Part shown: positions 36,580 to 49,027 of the stretch, piece after piece
Position numbering within the stretch: position 1 is the stretch's first letter
How the letters are laid out: each line of letters opens with the position of its first letter
Source of the DNA: Fistulifera solaris
Lineage: Eukaryota
Assembly: GCA_030295235.1 (NCBI GenBank)
Contig: AP026148.1
Coordinates: 496,001 to 560,000 of the forward strand
DNA: 64,000 nucleotides
Reading direction: 5' to 3'
The notes under the pieces: generated by a model
The model's input: the letters and a program-made list of their open reading frames with translations, nothing else
Databases searched by the model: none
Told to the model about the DNA's origin: nothing
Position numbers and translations under genes: made by a program

Positions 36580-38144
36580 ATGGAGCTTCCGGCTGCTTTA
36601 ACCTCGGTCCTTGATCAAGGACTCGAGTCGATCTATGGTCTCCGAGAAGTGTTCGAGCCGACCGTCGTCCTCGGTAAGACATCCCATTTGCTTTCTCATG
36701 CTCATTTCTGCTTTTTTTTTCTTTCTCACTCTTTCTACAATAGTCCCTTCCTTTGTCACAACATACGTTCAAAACCTCGCTGACAGTATCGGATTCGATG
36801 TCGAAACACTCAATTACACCCTCGGACTCTTCCTTTGCTACCCGCTGGGAATGATCATGAACACGCTCCCGTACGGCACGATGCGTCATTTATTTTCCTT
36901 CTTTTCGGGGCCTTTTTGTTGCAGTTCACTATCGGTGTCCAGTGGATTCATCAGCTCATCAATTGCGTCATTGCGTACGCCATGTTCGTCACGCTGCCCC
37001 GCCGTCTGTCGTGCAAACTCGTCCCGACCTTTGTCTTGTTGTACTTGGTCTTTGGGCATTTGCACCGCCAGTATATTAACTACTTGGGCTGGGATTTAGA
37101 CTTTACGGGGGCACAAATGATTTTGACGCAAAAACTTTACATGATGGCCTTTAATCTGTACGATGGTGAGCTCTTGGCCCAAAACAAACCGTCCCGTGCG
37201 GCACAAAAGTGTGCGCCGTTTGCACTGAAAGAAATGCCTTCGTTTTTGGAATTTCTTGGTTACAACTTTTGCTTTGCCAATATTTTGGCCGGACCAGCCT
37301 ACGAGTTTATCAGCTACAAACACGCGTGCGACGGAACACTTCTTTATTCGCCCGATGGCCAGCCGAAAGGAAAGATTCCCAGCAATGTATGGCCTTCGCT
37401 GAAACCATTTCTGATTAGTTTGTATTGCATGGGTGCGTTTGTCGTGATCGGTTCTAAGTTTCCCTTACAGGATCCGACGGACCCGCAGAAGAATTTGCCG
37501 GTCGTTGTGTCCGCCGATTTCTTGCAACAGCCGTGGTTCAAGCGCATGATATACCTTGTGGTGGGACTCTTCTTTCATCGTCACAAGTACTACTTTGCCT
37601 GGAAGAATGCGGAAGGCGCAAACAATATCTGGTATGTTGGATTTGAAGGATTTGATGACAAGGGTGAGCCCAAGGGATGGGACATTTCCAACAATGTCGA
37701 CATTTTCGAATTTGAAACGGCCCCGAGTCTCAGTGTTCTGTCCCGGTCGTGGAACAAAAAGACATCTCTTTGGCTCAATCGTTACGTTTACATTCGAACC
37801 AACGGAAGTCTCTTGGCGGTGTACAGTCTTTCCGCGTTCTGGCATGGATTCTATCCCGGTTACTACCTCTTCTTCTTGTCCATCCCGTTGTTGACCGTGT
37901 GCGAGCGATTGGGACGCAAAAGATTTCACCCCTCTTTTCCACGAGCCGCTTCAGCCTGTACGGTATTATCTGCACACTGGTCACGGCAGCCTCGGCCAGT
38001 TACATGGTCTCGGCCTTTGTTCTGTTGGCCCTGGATCGATCGTGGGCCATTTGGAAGTCGTTCTACTTTGCCGGACACGTGCTCTGTGTCATCTTTTACT
38101 TGTTGGTCTCCAACCTACCCACGCCGAAAGCGAAAGAAAGCTAA
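36580..38144 (+). CDS. MBOAT lysophospholipid acyltransferase (LPCAT/LPLAT-like); 1 intron and apparent indels near 36905 and 37922
   Basis: Intron 36674-36743; DFTGAQMILTQKL, AGPAYEF, KYYFAW, WNKKTSLWLNRYVY and SAFWHGFYPGYY (catalytic His); corrected end PKAKES. Confidence 0.92.
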
Positions 38145-38463
38145 GCAATTATAACAATCAGAAGCATTTCTTGTCAGTTATTTCGATATTGATTAGGAAA
38201 CGATTTACTGTGTTGGGTCTGGTGACTCAATTTTTGTGTGGAAAAAACAGGGTACAGTCAACAAGTATACCCAACTATGACGTCGACTTCGTGACAGGTT
38301 TCACGTTTGAAAAACACGCACAACACCACCCATTTTTTCCACCGTTTGTATTTTCTACTGTGTTCAGAAGAAAGACATCAACAAGCATAATAGTCCCAAA
38401 TATCGGCAAAAGCAGCCCCAAGAACATCCATTTTCTACCTTCTCTTTGCTGAATTCAACATAG

Positions 38464-40957
38464 ATGATCATCATGGCGTGGAAACACACATATTTAATGA
38501 GCGTGATCGCTCAACTAATATTCCTACCGCCAACGGCATCCTTCACAACAGCACCGAGCGTTTCGGTTAAAACACCGACCTGGGCTCTCCCAAGCTCTCC
38601 TATCGACAACAACAGCCGTAAGAAGAAAACCAAATCAATTACTATCAAAGAATTGAGTCAAAAATAAAGAACAATCCGACGGTAGAAACTACGAAAAAGG
38701 CAAAATACCGTCGCTCGCGGAAACGAGTTGAGAATCCGAAACAGACGTACTTGTACAAAAGTCAACGGGAGCGATTGGAACGAACGGGGGAGTTGCCCGA
38801 AGAACTGAAAGAGTCATCACTACCGGATGTATTGGCGCAAGCAAAGGAGTTTGGAATGGTTCCTTCCGCTCAACATTGTGATCCGGACGGTACGGAACCA
38901 CAAATTGTGGGGAGAATCAAGGTCAGTGATGAAGAAAATAGTGGTTCTTATGCTTATTTGATTGAAAAGCCAGCAGGTTGGGCTATTTTGGGAGGCGGTG
39001 GTGGATCGTCCAGTAAAAAGGTAGAGATCCATCGCAAAAGGATACGAAAAGCCAAAAGCATCGGGTCATAATTCAAGAGAAAGATGGAACAAAAGATGTC
39101 TTGGAGTACGACGAAAGCGATATTCTGGCATGGATGACCCCCGAGGAGATCGAGGAGTATAATGCTTCTCAGGAAGCCGAAGAAGAAACGAAACAGACAT
39201 CGATCACCATTGTGGATCAAGACGACGACTCTGTCGACACAGTTTTAGACGACGACAGCGACGTCGTAGAAGTAATGGTAGATGATCGCGACGAAGAAGA
39301 GGATTTTGTTGAGATTTTCGAGTCCGGCCCCTCCTCATTTGAAACAGATGGGGCGCCTGACTTGAACGAAGAAGATATCGACCCGAAAACTCTGGAAAAT
39401 CTTCGCCGTATCACCGCTCGCCGTCAAATGCAATCCCGAACTGCGTCGTTTGCTCCTTATTCTCGTCCATCCGTTGTTTCATGGCTCAAAGATATTAAGG
39501 CCAAGGAGGGGATGCCCGTTCGTGGCGGGAACTTTTGGACGGCTTTGGCTGGGGCCGCGGATGTCGACGACTCTGGTTTGGTTTTATTATGCCCAAAAGC
39601 AAATGCTGCGAACGTATTTGTTGAGCTGACAGAGTATGTCGCTGTACTTGGAACAGGCGGCTATGTTGCTCCAAAGTCTAAGCTGAAAGCGTCCAAAGGA
39701 CTGGAAGAATCGATCGTCATTGAGGAGCTGTCGAGGATGCGGAAAGGACGTCTCGAAGATACGGTCCATATAGTGAAAGTGACTATTCCGGATCATGGTT
39801 CTACATGTGGCCACATCATCGATACTCTTCAGTCAAAGTACAAGGATGGTATAAGAGGCGATCCGTCCGCAAATCCCCTCGACCGTCGAGCACAGCGGCG
39901 TCTTGTGCATTGTGGCGCAATGACTGTTTCCAGTTTGATATGTGATGAGACTATCACGTACACCGTGCCTGCATTCCCTGACGATATCGCAATCTTAGTA
40001 GAACGAAGTACTGATCTGTTCAAAGCAGGCCGTTTCCGGGGGAGATCCGGTTTGATGGATAATCCGTTGACAACGTGCTATCGGGAAGTAAATGGGATTG
40101 CCGACGGTATTCCTGGCTGGACTGTCGATCGGTACGACAAGTGGCTATTTGTACAACATGACCCGCAACATCAAAGGGGCCCTCTCCCGTCCATCCATGA
40201 CGGAAAAACCGCTGGGGTCTATTACTTGGAGGCTCGACAAGATCGAAGTGTGATGGGGTCTCAGGAGGGCATTAAGCCAAGGCTGCTCGAGGGACAGCCG
40301 CTAAAGGGTAATTTGACTGTTCTTGAGAATGGCATCAAGTATGTCGTAAGCCTTGATAAAGATTTTTCTACTGGCATTTTCCTTGACCAGCGTCCGCAGC
40401 GAGCCTGGCTGTCCCAGAACTGTGACGAAAACACACACGTTCTAAACTGCTTCGCCCACACAGGTGCATTTTCTGTTGCCGCTGCTTCTGCTGGCGCTTC
40501 CACTGTGAGCCTTGATCTTTCTCAAAAATGGCTAGGTCGACTCCCTGAACATTTCAAGGCCAACAACATACCATTTGATGAACGGCATGATTGCATTTAC
40601 GGAGACTGCTTTGATTGGCTTGAGCGCTTGGCCAAGCGAGGAGAAAAGTATGATATAGTTATCCTCGATCCTCCAAGCTCAAGTGTCGGGGGTCGCAAAA
40701 AGAAACGATGGAGTATAAAAAGCGATCTGGACGAGCTTGTGTCACTCGCAGCAAAGCTAGTAAAAGATGGAGGATTACTTTGGACCACAACTAATAGTGC
40801 GACTTTGACTTCCGTAAAAATGGCAAAGATGTGCCTAAAAGGTTTAGAAGAAGCCGGAATTGAATCAGCACGGCTCGAGCGGATACAGCCGATGCCTTAC
40901 GATTTCCCATCAACAGGCAGTCAACCTGTAAAAAACTTGATTTGGCGGATACGGTAA
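38464..40957 (+). CDS. Plastid-targeted fusion of a degenerate RluA-like pseudouridine synthase domain and an RlmI/RlmK-type SAM methyltransferase; apparent indels near 38660 and 39030
   Basis: Leader ending TAS-FTT. Methyltransferase motifs YREVNGIADG-PGWTVDRY, STGIFLDQR, VLNCFAHTGAFSV and YDIVILDPPS. RluA-like remnants EKPAGW, DVDDSGLVLL, YVAVL, IRGDP and RRLVHC. Confidence 0.8.
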
Positions 40958-41087
40958 AGCCTACTTGTACCAACCCACCAACAAAGATTACATTCTGCGT
41001 CGGTTTATCTTCTAAATACTTCTGTCGACGTTCAGCTTTTGTAATGATAAGTACCTGTGAAAAGGCTTCTTTTTATGACACTCTAAG

Positions 41088-42949
41088 TCACAAGAAAGAG
41101 AAAGAAAACGACGACGAGGGTCCCGCTTCTTTCGCTTGTTCAATAACACTTTTCTTCGGCGCCTCGGCATCCTTCCAAGCTCTACATGTCCAAGTTGGTA
41201 CTTTCAGAGCCTTGTTGAGAAATTCGGGGACCTGTTGTTTCAAAGCCTTTTAAATTCCTCCGATAAATGCTCCGGCTTTATACTTTCTTCTCTATCACGG
41301 CATCCACTAATTTGGTCAAGTTTCGTTTCCAAAAATTTGAGTGTATTCGAAAGGTTGCTATCACTGACATAATTGTGCGTGATAGCTATGTTCATTTTAT
41401 CGAGATTCACCACCAGGTGCCACCACCCGTGTGGTACAAAGATAACATCGCCCGGCATCGCGGTACATTCCAGTGGTCGTTCGTGCCGAGGCGCCGATTG
41501 TTTGCGCTGTATGTGCTCGTCCCAAAACTGGAAAATCCATTCCCCCACCGATAAAGGCAATGTCACTTCATCTCCGTCCGCACTGGGATGGACTCCCGGT
41601 GGCGTTACCCCAGGCGGATAAAAAATCCATCGTTTTCTACCGCAAATAGCCGCATTCCACGCATGAGTACAATTGGGATCAATATGGAACACCGAGCCAC
41701 TCCTCTTGGGACCAGCGATCAGCCATGTATGGTCCGGTCGTCGCCCTTCTCCCAATACTTGAAACAGATCGTGTCCGTTCGATTTCATGAGTTCTGGATC
41801 CCAGTACGGACACGATCTTTGTAAATCGTCCATATAATCATTCCACAAGTGTGATCCAGGCTCCAAAGCGGTTCGGTCGAACAGATACAACGGCGCTTCT
41901 TCCAGTATTGTCGACTCACAATAATCCAAATAAGCGTCAAGAGAAAAGTTACCGGGAAGGGGAGCTACACCACTGGTGGTTCGAAAGGTACGACCAGCTG
42001 CATGCTGCAGTAGATACTCGGGTTGATTCCACCGTTCAAACGCCTTCCAACCTTTCGCGGCCTCTTCGATGAGAAGGGGAATGTTGGGGTTTTCATAGCG
42101 AGACTTGAATCGTGATACGGTGAGATCTTTCACGGAAACTCGTTCCAAAGTATCCGTCGGGGATCGATCCAGCCAGACTAGAGGTGCACGTGAGAGATTG
42201 ATATTTGCGAGACCGCCAATCACCTAGTCGCCTGACATACCTTTGGGAATACAAAAGATCGACACGAATGCAATCGATACATAGTATCCGAGTAAATTCC
42301 CGGAATGCTCATGGGTTGGTGCGGAGGAATCTCCGAATAAAAGAGTTTGACGTAGGTATCTTTCCACGTGGGACCGACGCTTCGAATGGGTCTCTTTTCC
42401 GTATGACATCGTCGCAACACCAGATCTCTCCACAGTTCGGGTGAATGACCGGCTTTCCGAGAAAGGTCAGTTGGGTCAATATAATTGCTGTAGTCTAGAC
42501 CTGATTGCAGATAACTTACCTACGTAAAAATATCGACACACGCGAACCAACTGTTACGAGTCGTCGAATAATGAGATGAAAGCATCCTTTTGAGAAAATA
42601 CTTGTCATACTACCACAACTTCTTTTACTTACAAACGCCAGATCACGTCCATTGCAATAACCTAGAATATGAAGCCAAGCATCATCATCGGGAAGAAGAT
42701 CGGAAGGACGGATGGCTTGGCGGGCTTGTTCCGAGAAAAATACATTTCCACCGGGCAGGGCACCGTACGCTAATAGTGGGTCAGTCAAGTGTTGTTAGTT
42801 GTTTGATTCTTCCAGACAAAGGTGTACTTACGATGATGGTCTTCGAGCTCGGCAAAGTCGGAAGCTGTGACATCCAATCGAATCCGTTTCGATGGGCTCG
42901 TCCGTCTTTCACAAGGTTCTTCCGCCACTTCACTCTTTGATTTTCCCAT
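41088..42949 (-). CDS. JmjC-domain protein (JMJD6-like) with an N-terminal F-box-like segment; intron about 42445-42519 and several apparent indels
   Basis: RPDHTWLIAGPKRSGSVFHIDPN, WNAAICGRKRW, PGDVIFVPHGWWHLVVN and IAITHNYV (H-x-D...H metal triad); LLPDDDAWLHILGY is F-box-like; corrected end SFSFSFL-stop at 41088. Confidence 0.88.
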
Positions 42950-43407
42950 CTCCTTTTGATTTGTAGGAGTCCTTCTCTCGTTTCGATAATTCAAAAAGTT
43001 GGTTGCTTCTCGTTTTGGTCCTTTGTAGAAAAACTAGAATAATTTCGTCGTTTTTGTTCTCCATGTTTTGCGGCCGTATTTGCTCTGCGTACGAAAGCAG
43101 ACGACACAGTTGATAGAAGATGACGATTGACTTTAACTAAAAAACAAGAATCTGACTTACCGTTACTGATGCGTCTTTCACGCTTTTGAAGCAACTGGCA
43201 AAATTTTCATTGCTCAATCAAAATCGACTTCATTGACCTTTCGGAACTCTTGCATCGTTTCCTCATAATGTAACAATGTACAATGCAGCTTACAGAATTC
43301 AGCAGCGAATCATTCATGTTACGAGCGGAGAGCTGCTTCGCACGTTGCGAACTTGCAGATCTCACAATACTTGAGGTTGGCTGCTATTCTTGCTTCATCA
43401 AAGGAAA

Positions 43408-46281
43408 ATGACAGGAATTGGTGGTTTCGTTTTGGATCCCCCAACGGTGCATCGGCAACGCTGGACGCGATGGTTGCGACGCGTCCGTCGTATTGTCTGG
43501 GGTCGAGACGATGCGGCCGTTCCCTTTGTGGTATTGTGTTATCCACGCACGGGCAGTAACTGGTTGTGTGGGATGCTCTATCAACATCCCGAAATTCTCA
43601 TGCACAATGAAGTCTTTAATGAAAATTGTGTGCATACGTATTTTAAAGAAGACTTTCAAAGGAACCATTGGGACTACGAGAATCGCGATGTCGATCCCGA
43701 AGGCTTTGTTGATTTTATTTTTGACAGTCGATACTTCTCGAAAAAGCCGAAAGCCATCGGATACAAGAGTTTCCCGAATCATTATCAACAGAGATCGATT
43801 CCTCTCGCTACCTTGGAGGAAGTTTATAAACGACGCATTTTGGAAGATCCCGATGTCTTGAAAATCATTTTCCGTCGTGAGAATGTGCTCCGGGCGTATG
43901 TGAGTTTGTGTCGATCGTTTGAAACCGGAATGTACACGACCGCATCGTATCAAGATTGTCGAATTCATATCAATGTGGCTGAGATGCAGCGTTTCGTGGA
44001 TCGCTACTCTGCTGCTTATGAGACTTATTGGAAACAAACACGGTGGCACCCGCGGTGTATAGTGACTTACGAAGACTTAATCCGAGACAACGAGTCGTTG
44101 AGAACTGCAATGGCCAAGATTTGGAAGTTGTTGGGCGTTCACGATATGGAACCGAAAGCATTGTCCGAGTGTCAACCGCAGAGTATCATCGAGGCGCCCT
44201 TGTGGGATGCCATCCGGAACTACGACGAGGTGGAATTTGCCTGCCGACACGATCCGAAGTTACGCCAGTGCTTCGCGTCCGGTCGTGTATCCAATGCAGG
44301 AAGAAGTCCTACAGTCGACCACTTTTCTCACACTATCCATCGAGACTTGAAAGTCACACCCGAAACCTATAAATGGGCACTCCTTATCCCTGTACGTTCG
44401 GGACGCAATGAATCCATTCACGAATGTGCGGGTCGTTTGAAGCGAATGTACATGTCGATCCTGACCACATCGAGGCCTGCATTACATGCTCCTCTCTTGT
44501 TATTCGGAGTGGATGACGATGATGACGCCTTGTTTAATGGGGATTTGATTCGATCAATTTTCAAAGACTTGCCTGTACAAGTTGAGGTGTTCAGCGGGCT
44601 TCAAGGGAAAATTTGTAAAATCTGGGGATTGTTGGCGGCGCTGGCATACGAAAAGCACGGCGCGCATTTTACTTGCCTCCTCGGCGATGATGTGGTGATA
44701 CAAACAAGCCGCTGGCAAGAAAAGATTGAAAGCGAATTTAACGCCATTGCACGCGACGAAAGTCTTCCGTTGGGTGCGGCGTGCGTTGCATTCGTCGACG
44801 AATCATTCCGAGGCTTCCCGTCATTTCCAGTCATACATAAGTGGCATTTTGAGACATTTGGATCAGTGCTTCCTCCCAGCTTTACAAACCAAGGCGGTGA
44901 CCCATTCCTTTTCGAGCTCTACAAGCGCCTCGGGGCCTCAAGATTCGCGTTGGACTGTTCCTTGGTAAATACTATAGGCGGAAAACATACAGCGCGATAC
45001 ACTAAGCAGAGCCTTCGTTTCGAAGGAGATATGTTGTCTTCAGCTATTTCCTCTCTCCTCAAAGCCATCGATAATTCCGTGGAGAATGGAACTAAAATTC
45101 AGCGACCCCTTTCATTGAAGCCTCGCATGTGTCTTGATGTTGTAGTGCCAACCTACCGATGTGATATTCAGAAACTAAGAACAATCACGTCATTACGGGC
45201 CTCGTGGCCAGCGCAAGTGAGCTTTTGGCTAGTTCTTGACAATCCAACCCACAGCAATGCACCAACAGTACGAGACATGCAGAACGTAGGACAAAACTAC
45301 CAAGTGAATGTTCTGGAACAGTTTACCGCGACCGGGGTACCACGGAACGTCGGAGCTTCAGCTGCAAGAAATTTCGGAATGGCGTTAAGTATGGCAGACA
45401 ATGTTGTACTCCTGGACGATGATGTCGAACCCGACGGGAATTTACTAGACGCCTATCTTGGCGCGATCATGCGTTGGCCAGATGCTAGTGTGTACGTTGG
45501 TTCGACCAAGATGCCCTATCCAACGAATTGGTTGACCCACGCTCTCGTAGCCGGGGACATGGTAGGAACTTATACGGTTGCCGAACGCATGCGCAATCCT
45601 CCATGGGGGGTTACAGCGAATCTCTGTGTCAAAGCCCGAACGAGTCGTATTCGGTTTGATTTGAGTTATCCAAAGACTGGTGGAGGCGAGGACCTCGACT
45701 ATTGTGCAAGAGCCGCTAGACATGGTCCGATACATGCAGTACCTGGAGCAAAAGCCTTTCATCCATGGTGGCATGATGGCGAAATCTCTGCAATTCGGCA
45801 TATTCTTGGTTGGGCGAAAGGTGAAATGCAGTGCGTTACCAAGCCATGGTTTCGCCAGCACACCTTCTTTTCAATGCCAAATGGCGCAGAGATACTCTTC
45901 ATGATCGTTTTATTCGGAATCCCTTTGACATTGTTGTTGTGTCGCTTCAGGATGACTCTAAGGTTGCTATTATCCTGTTTTGCTATTCTTTGCTTTGAAA
46001 TGTTTTGGCACGCGTCTCGAATAGGTGGTCATCGAATTCGAAGCCCCATGAAAGAATCGTTGGTGCGCTCCACCATGGTGCGACTCTTAGCTGCGTCAAT
46101 CATGATGCTTCAAGAAGGGACACGATTTTGGCACGTTCTCCACTCCCCTTCTTGTATTCTTTGGAGGATCGACTGGCACTTTGGACAAAGTCCCGATTGG
46201 GTAGTCTACAGTAAGCGAAACAACTTCTTGCGAACTCTTCTTTTTATTGCATTGATCTATAAGATCGGAATGGCCAGCTAA
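43408..46281 (+). CDS. Multidomain sulfotransferase (Stf0-like) + GT-A domain + GT2 domain + C-terminal membrane region, single uninterrupted ORF of about 957 aa
   Basis: YPRTGSNWL (PAPS-binding loop), HNEVFN, RRENVLRAYVS and TYEDL; LLIPVRS...GVDDDD...LLGDDV; DVVVPTYR...GASAARNFG...LLDDDV...GGGEDLDY; several hydrophobic helices after about 45890. Confidence 0.85.
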   Translation: MTGIGGFVLDPPTVHRQRWTRWLRRVRRIVWGRDDAAVPFVVLCYPRTGSNWLCGMLYQHPEILMHNEVFNENCVHTYFKEDFQRNHWDYENRDVDPEGFVDFIFDSRYFSKKPKAIGYKSFPNHYQQRSIPLATLEEVYKRRILEDPDVLKIIFRRENVLRAYVSLCRSFETGMYTTASYQDCRIHINVAEMQRFVDRYSAAYETYWKQTRWHPRCIVTYEDLIRDNESLRTAMAKIWKLLGVHDMEPKALSECQPQSIIEAPLWDAIRNYDEVEFACRHDPKLRQCFASGRVSNAGRSPTVDHFSHTIHRDLKVTPETYKWALLIPVRSGRNESIHECAGRLKRMYMSILTTSRPALHAPLLLFGVDDDDDALFNGDLIRSIFKDLPVQVEVFSGLQGKICKIWGLLAALAYEKHGAHFTCLLGDDVVIQTSRWQEKIESEFNAIARDESLPLGAACVAFVDESFRGFPSFPVIHKWHFETFGSVLPPSFTNQGGDPFLFELYKRLGASRFALDCSLVNTIGGKHTARYTKQSLRFEGDMLSSAISSLLKAIDNSVENGTKIQRPLSLKPRMCLDVVVPTYRCDIQKLRTITSLRASWPAQVSFWLVLDNPTHSNAPTVRDMQNVGQNYQVNVLEQFTATGVPRNVGASAARNFGMALSMADNVVLLDDDVEPDGNLLDAYLGAIMRWPDASVYVGSTKMPYPTNWLTHALVAGDMVGTYTVAERMRNPPWGVTANLCVKARTSRIRFDLSYPKTGGGEDLDYCARAARHGPIHAVPGAKAFHPWWHDGEISAIRHILGWAKGEMQCVTKPWFRQHTFFSMPNGAEILFMIVLFGIPLTLLLCRFRMTLRLLLSCFAILCFEMFWHASRIGGHRIRSPMKESLVRSTMVRLLAASIMMLQEGTRFWHVLHSPSCILWRIDWHFGQSPDWVVYSKRNNFLRTLLFIALIYKIGMAS

Positions 46282-46373
46282 GAACCACGATTGGTAAAAC
46301 TGGCTTTTACATCTTATTTTTTCTCTATTATTATGTACGAATAAGTCAGAAAAAATCTCAATCTGAGTATCCA

Positions 46374-49027
46374 CTAGCTAACTATTATCGTTTGGATCGA
46401 ACGAGAGGGTATCGAAGACGTTAACAAAACAGCATCACCGTCCTTTAGCGCGAAGTTGGCAGGATCGTTGGCCTCATTGAGGACAACAATCGTATTATCA
46501 CCAGTCGGAGTCTGAAAAGCACCCATCTGTTGGTATTGGAAGTAGAGTCTGTGTGAGATCACGGGAATTTAATCAACACTTAACTATATTTCATTGCCTT
46601 ACCTGTAAAAACGGCCAACCGGTTGTCAGACAAACATCATCACCAAAATATCTCGATGACGCCTCTCCGCTGTTGAGATCAAGTGACCATTTTGCAGCCT
46701 CGCTCTCGCAGTCTCCTAAACTTATTTGTGCTCCACCGCGTGGACCATACGCCCCGCCTCCATTGCGCAGCTCTAAAATTACAAGGCACTCATCTCTCTT
46801 CTTCGCTTTCACGGGGTTCAACAGCTTCACAATGTACCGACCATCCGGATCGTCTGTCAATAAAAGCACATCGAAATTGCCAGCATGATTATCGTCACAT
46901 TCATCCAATCGTAAGCCAAGCAAGTCAACGTCAGGTTCACGCCCAATACAGGAAGTGGTCGGTGTCCCTAACCAGTCATGTCCGTACACTTGAATGTGCT
47001 TCCTATCATCAATATTCCACTTGAACTGCTGCCTCGTAGAACCTTCACAGGGCCAAACAGTAAGTTCAATTCCATTACGAGACAAATCATTTTGACCACC
47101 ACCCATCACAACGCTATCGGCGTGTCGAAAGATTTTACTCGAATTACCGAGACTTTCTTGAACTAAAGCGGACACAGCGTAAGATCCCGGGCGCACATGT
47201 CGCGAGATGTGTCCCATATAGAAATAGATTGGCTGAACCACAACGCCTACATCCAAAAATTTGGCTGGAAAGCCTAACGCATTCAATTCTTCACGAGTAC
47301 GACCATCTCCCAAACTGACATTCCCGAACGGTTTTTGTTTTTCGAAAGATGGAAGGGGAGGATAATCTGGTGCCATGCCAACCGCGCGGTGAGGAACAGC
47401 GAGTATTGTTGCCTCACAGAGATTGTTCAAATGATTTGGACCGCCGATCCCATCCAGAATGAGATTCCACTCCACCCAGCCATGACTCCCGGCAGCCAAA
47501 TCTGCCAAGATGGCGTGAGCATATCGTTCCGCTCGCGACCAATAGATTTCTGGGCTACCACCAGCATAACCTGTGGTTGGACAATGACACGACTCTGAAC
47601 CCAGAACAATGTGTTCGGACAAGAGTCCATATTCTCGCAGCTGATCCTGCAAGCGATGCATATTCGGAATGCCCAAGGCGCCGTCGAGTAATCGGTCCAT
47701 ACCTTTTGTCGAATGTTTAGACTACAGTGACAATTCACGACCCAATAACTCACAAGACTTTTGGGCTTACATACCTCCCGCATACCAATGATACGCCGTT
47801 CCCGAAATATACGGTTTTGCTTGACTACTTTCATTCAGCATTGTATTCGCCCATTGATTGATGTGATCCTTGTTGTGATCAAAGGCCAGAATCTTGACAT
47901 CCGGGTGGTCTTGTCGCAACCGAGGTCCCAGATGATTTGCTACAAAATCGTGTTGGGATTCCGGATCATACGCACACGCTTCCCATGGCGCCGGAAATTC
48001 GGGCTCGTTTTGAACTGTCACGGCTGACAAAGATAATCCAAGGTTTTTGTACGCGGTCAAGAACTTGGAAAAGTACAAAGCCCACGATTTTGCGTATTCC
48101 GAGTCGGGACCCACACCATCTTTCAAACAAACCGGCAATGCACTTCCCGTCATACTCGAGAACGTTTTGTTCTGTTCCCAGTGATAGGTTGGTGTCTTCA
48201 TCCACGCGGGTGGAGACCACGGACTCGCATAGAGGAACATTTCACCATCATCAGCACCATCACTCCACGCTTGACGCAACGTCGAAACCGCACGCAACGC
48301 CATATCGACCATACCCGATTCCACATCATGATGTACGCCGGTATCAAAGTCTCTCAACTCGAAATCATCGGCCGTTTCATCAAACGTATACGATTTTACC
48401 GAAAAATCGCCTAGAAATTCGTGCTTGGAATGAGTAACCAACAAGCCACGTACAAAACAAAACCACGCGCCCACACTTACACGAATTGATCGGAAATCGT
48501 CCCAAAGTATATCCCAATCCACTTTTCCCAAACAAGAGTTCCATGACGGTTTCTTTGCCTTTGATGGACAATTGCCCAAAATTGAGTGCGGCCGCTTCGG
48601 TAAAGGCTCCACCAAAGCCTTTGATTTTACTGTGCTCAAAGACTGTATGTGACAAATTCGTCTGTAAGATGGCATCGGGCAATCCAAACGAATTGAGTTC
48701 GACGACAGTGTTTTGTGGGGCCTTGTCGCACGGCACCGCCGCCCAAGGATGATCGGGCGTTTGCATGGAGGTTTGTATTACCGAAACAGTCCGACCGTAC
48801 GAGACACAATTCGGACGAATCAGCACTGCATCTTGTTCTTCGGGAAGCAATACAATAACTTTGGGTACAAGGACATGAGGAGAATGATTCTGACGCGTCA
48901 AGACGATTCCTGAAGCGATCAGTAATACTACAGCGACAACGGCTGTCGCGATCTTCTTGTCGATCGAACGTGGTGGTGGCTCGGTATCATTTTCGGTTAC
49001 AGGGATGAATTCGTATCCCTCTCTCAT
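46374..49027 (-). CDS. GH30 glucosylceramidase-like glycoside hydrolase with an N-terminal membrane anchor and a ricin-B-like lectin insert, 4 exons
   Basis: GFGGAFTEAA, ASPWSPPAWMK, QNEP (acid/base), FDHNKD, HWY, GSESC (nucleophile), WVEWNL and GHISRHVRPG; introns about 48413-48478, 47704-47772 and 46529-46602; Cys-paired segments with QQFKW and AKWSL. Confidence 0.9.

Noticed and set aside
9414..49027. A glycan biosynthetic gene cluster (sugar transporter, mucin, MBOAT, sulfotransferase-GT, GH30)
   Set aside because: The genes are spread over 40 kb among unrelated housekeeping genes, and the MBOAT is a lipid-type LPCAT. Nothing in the sequence supports co-regulation.
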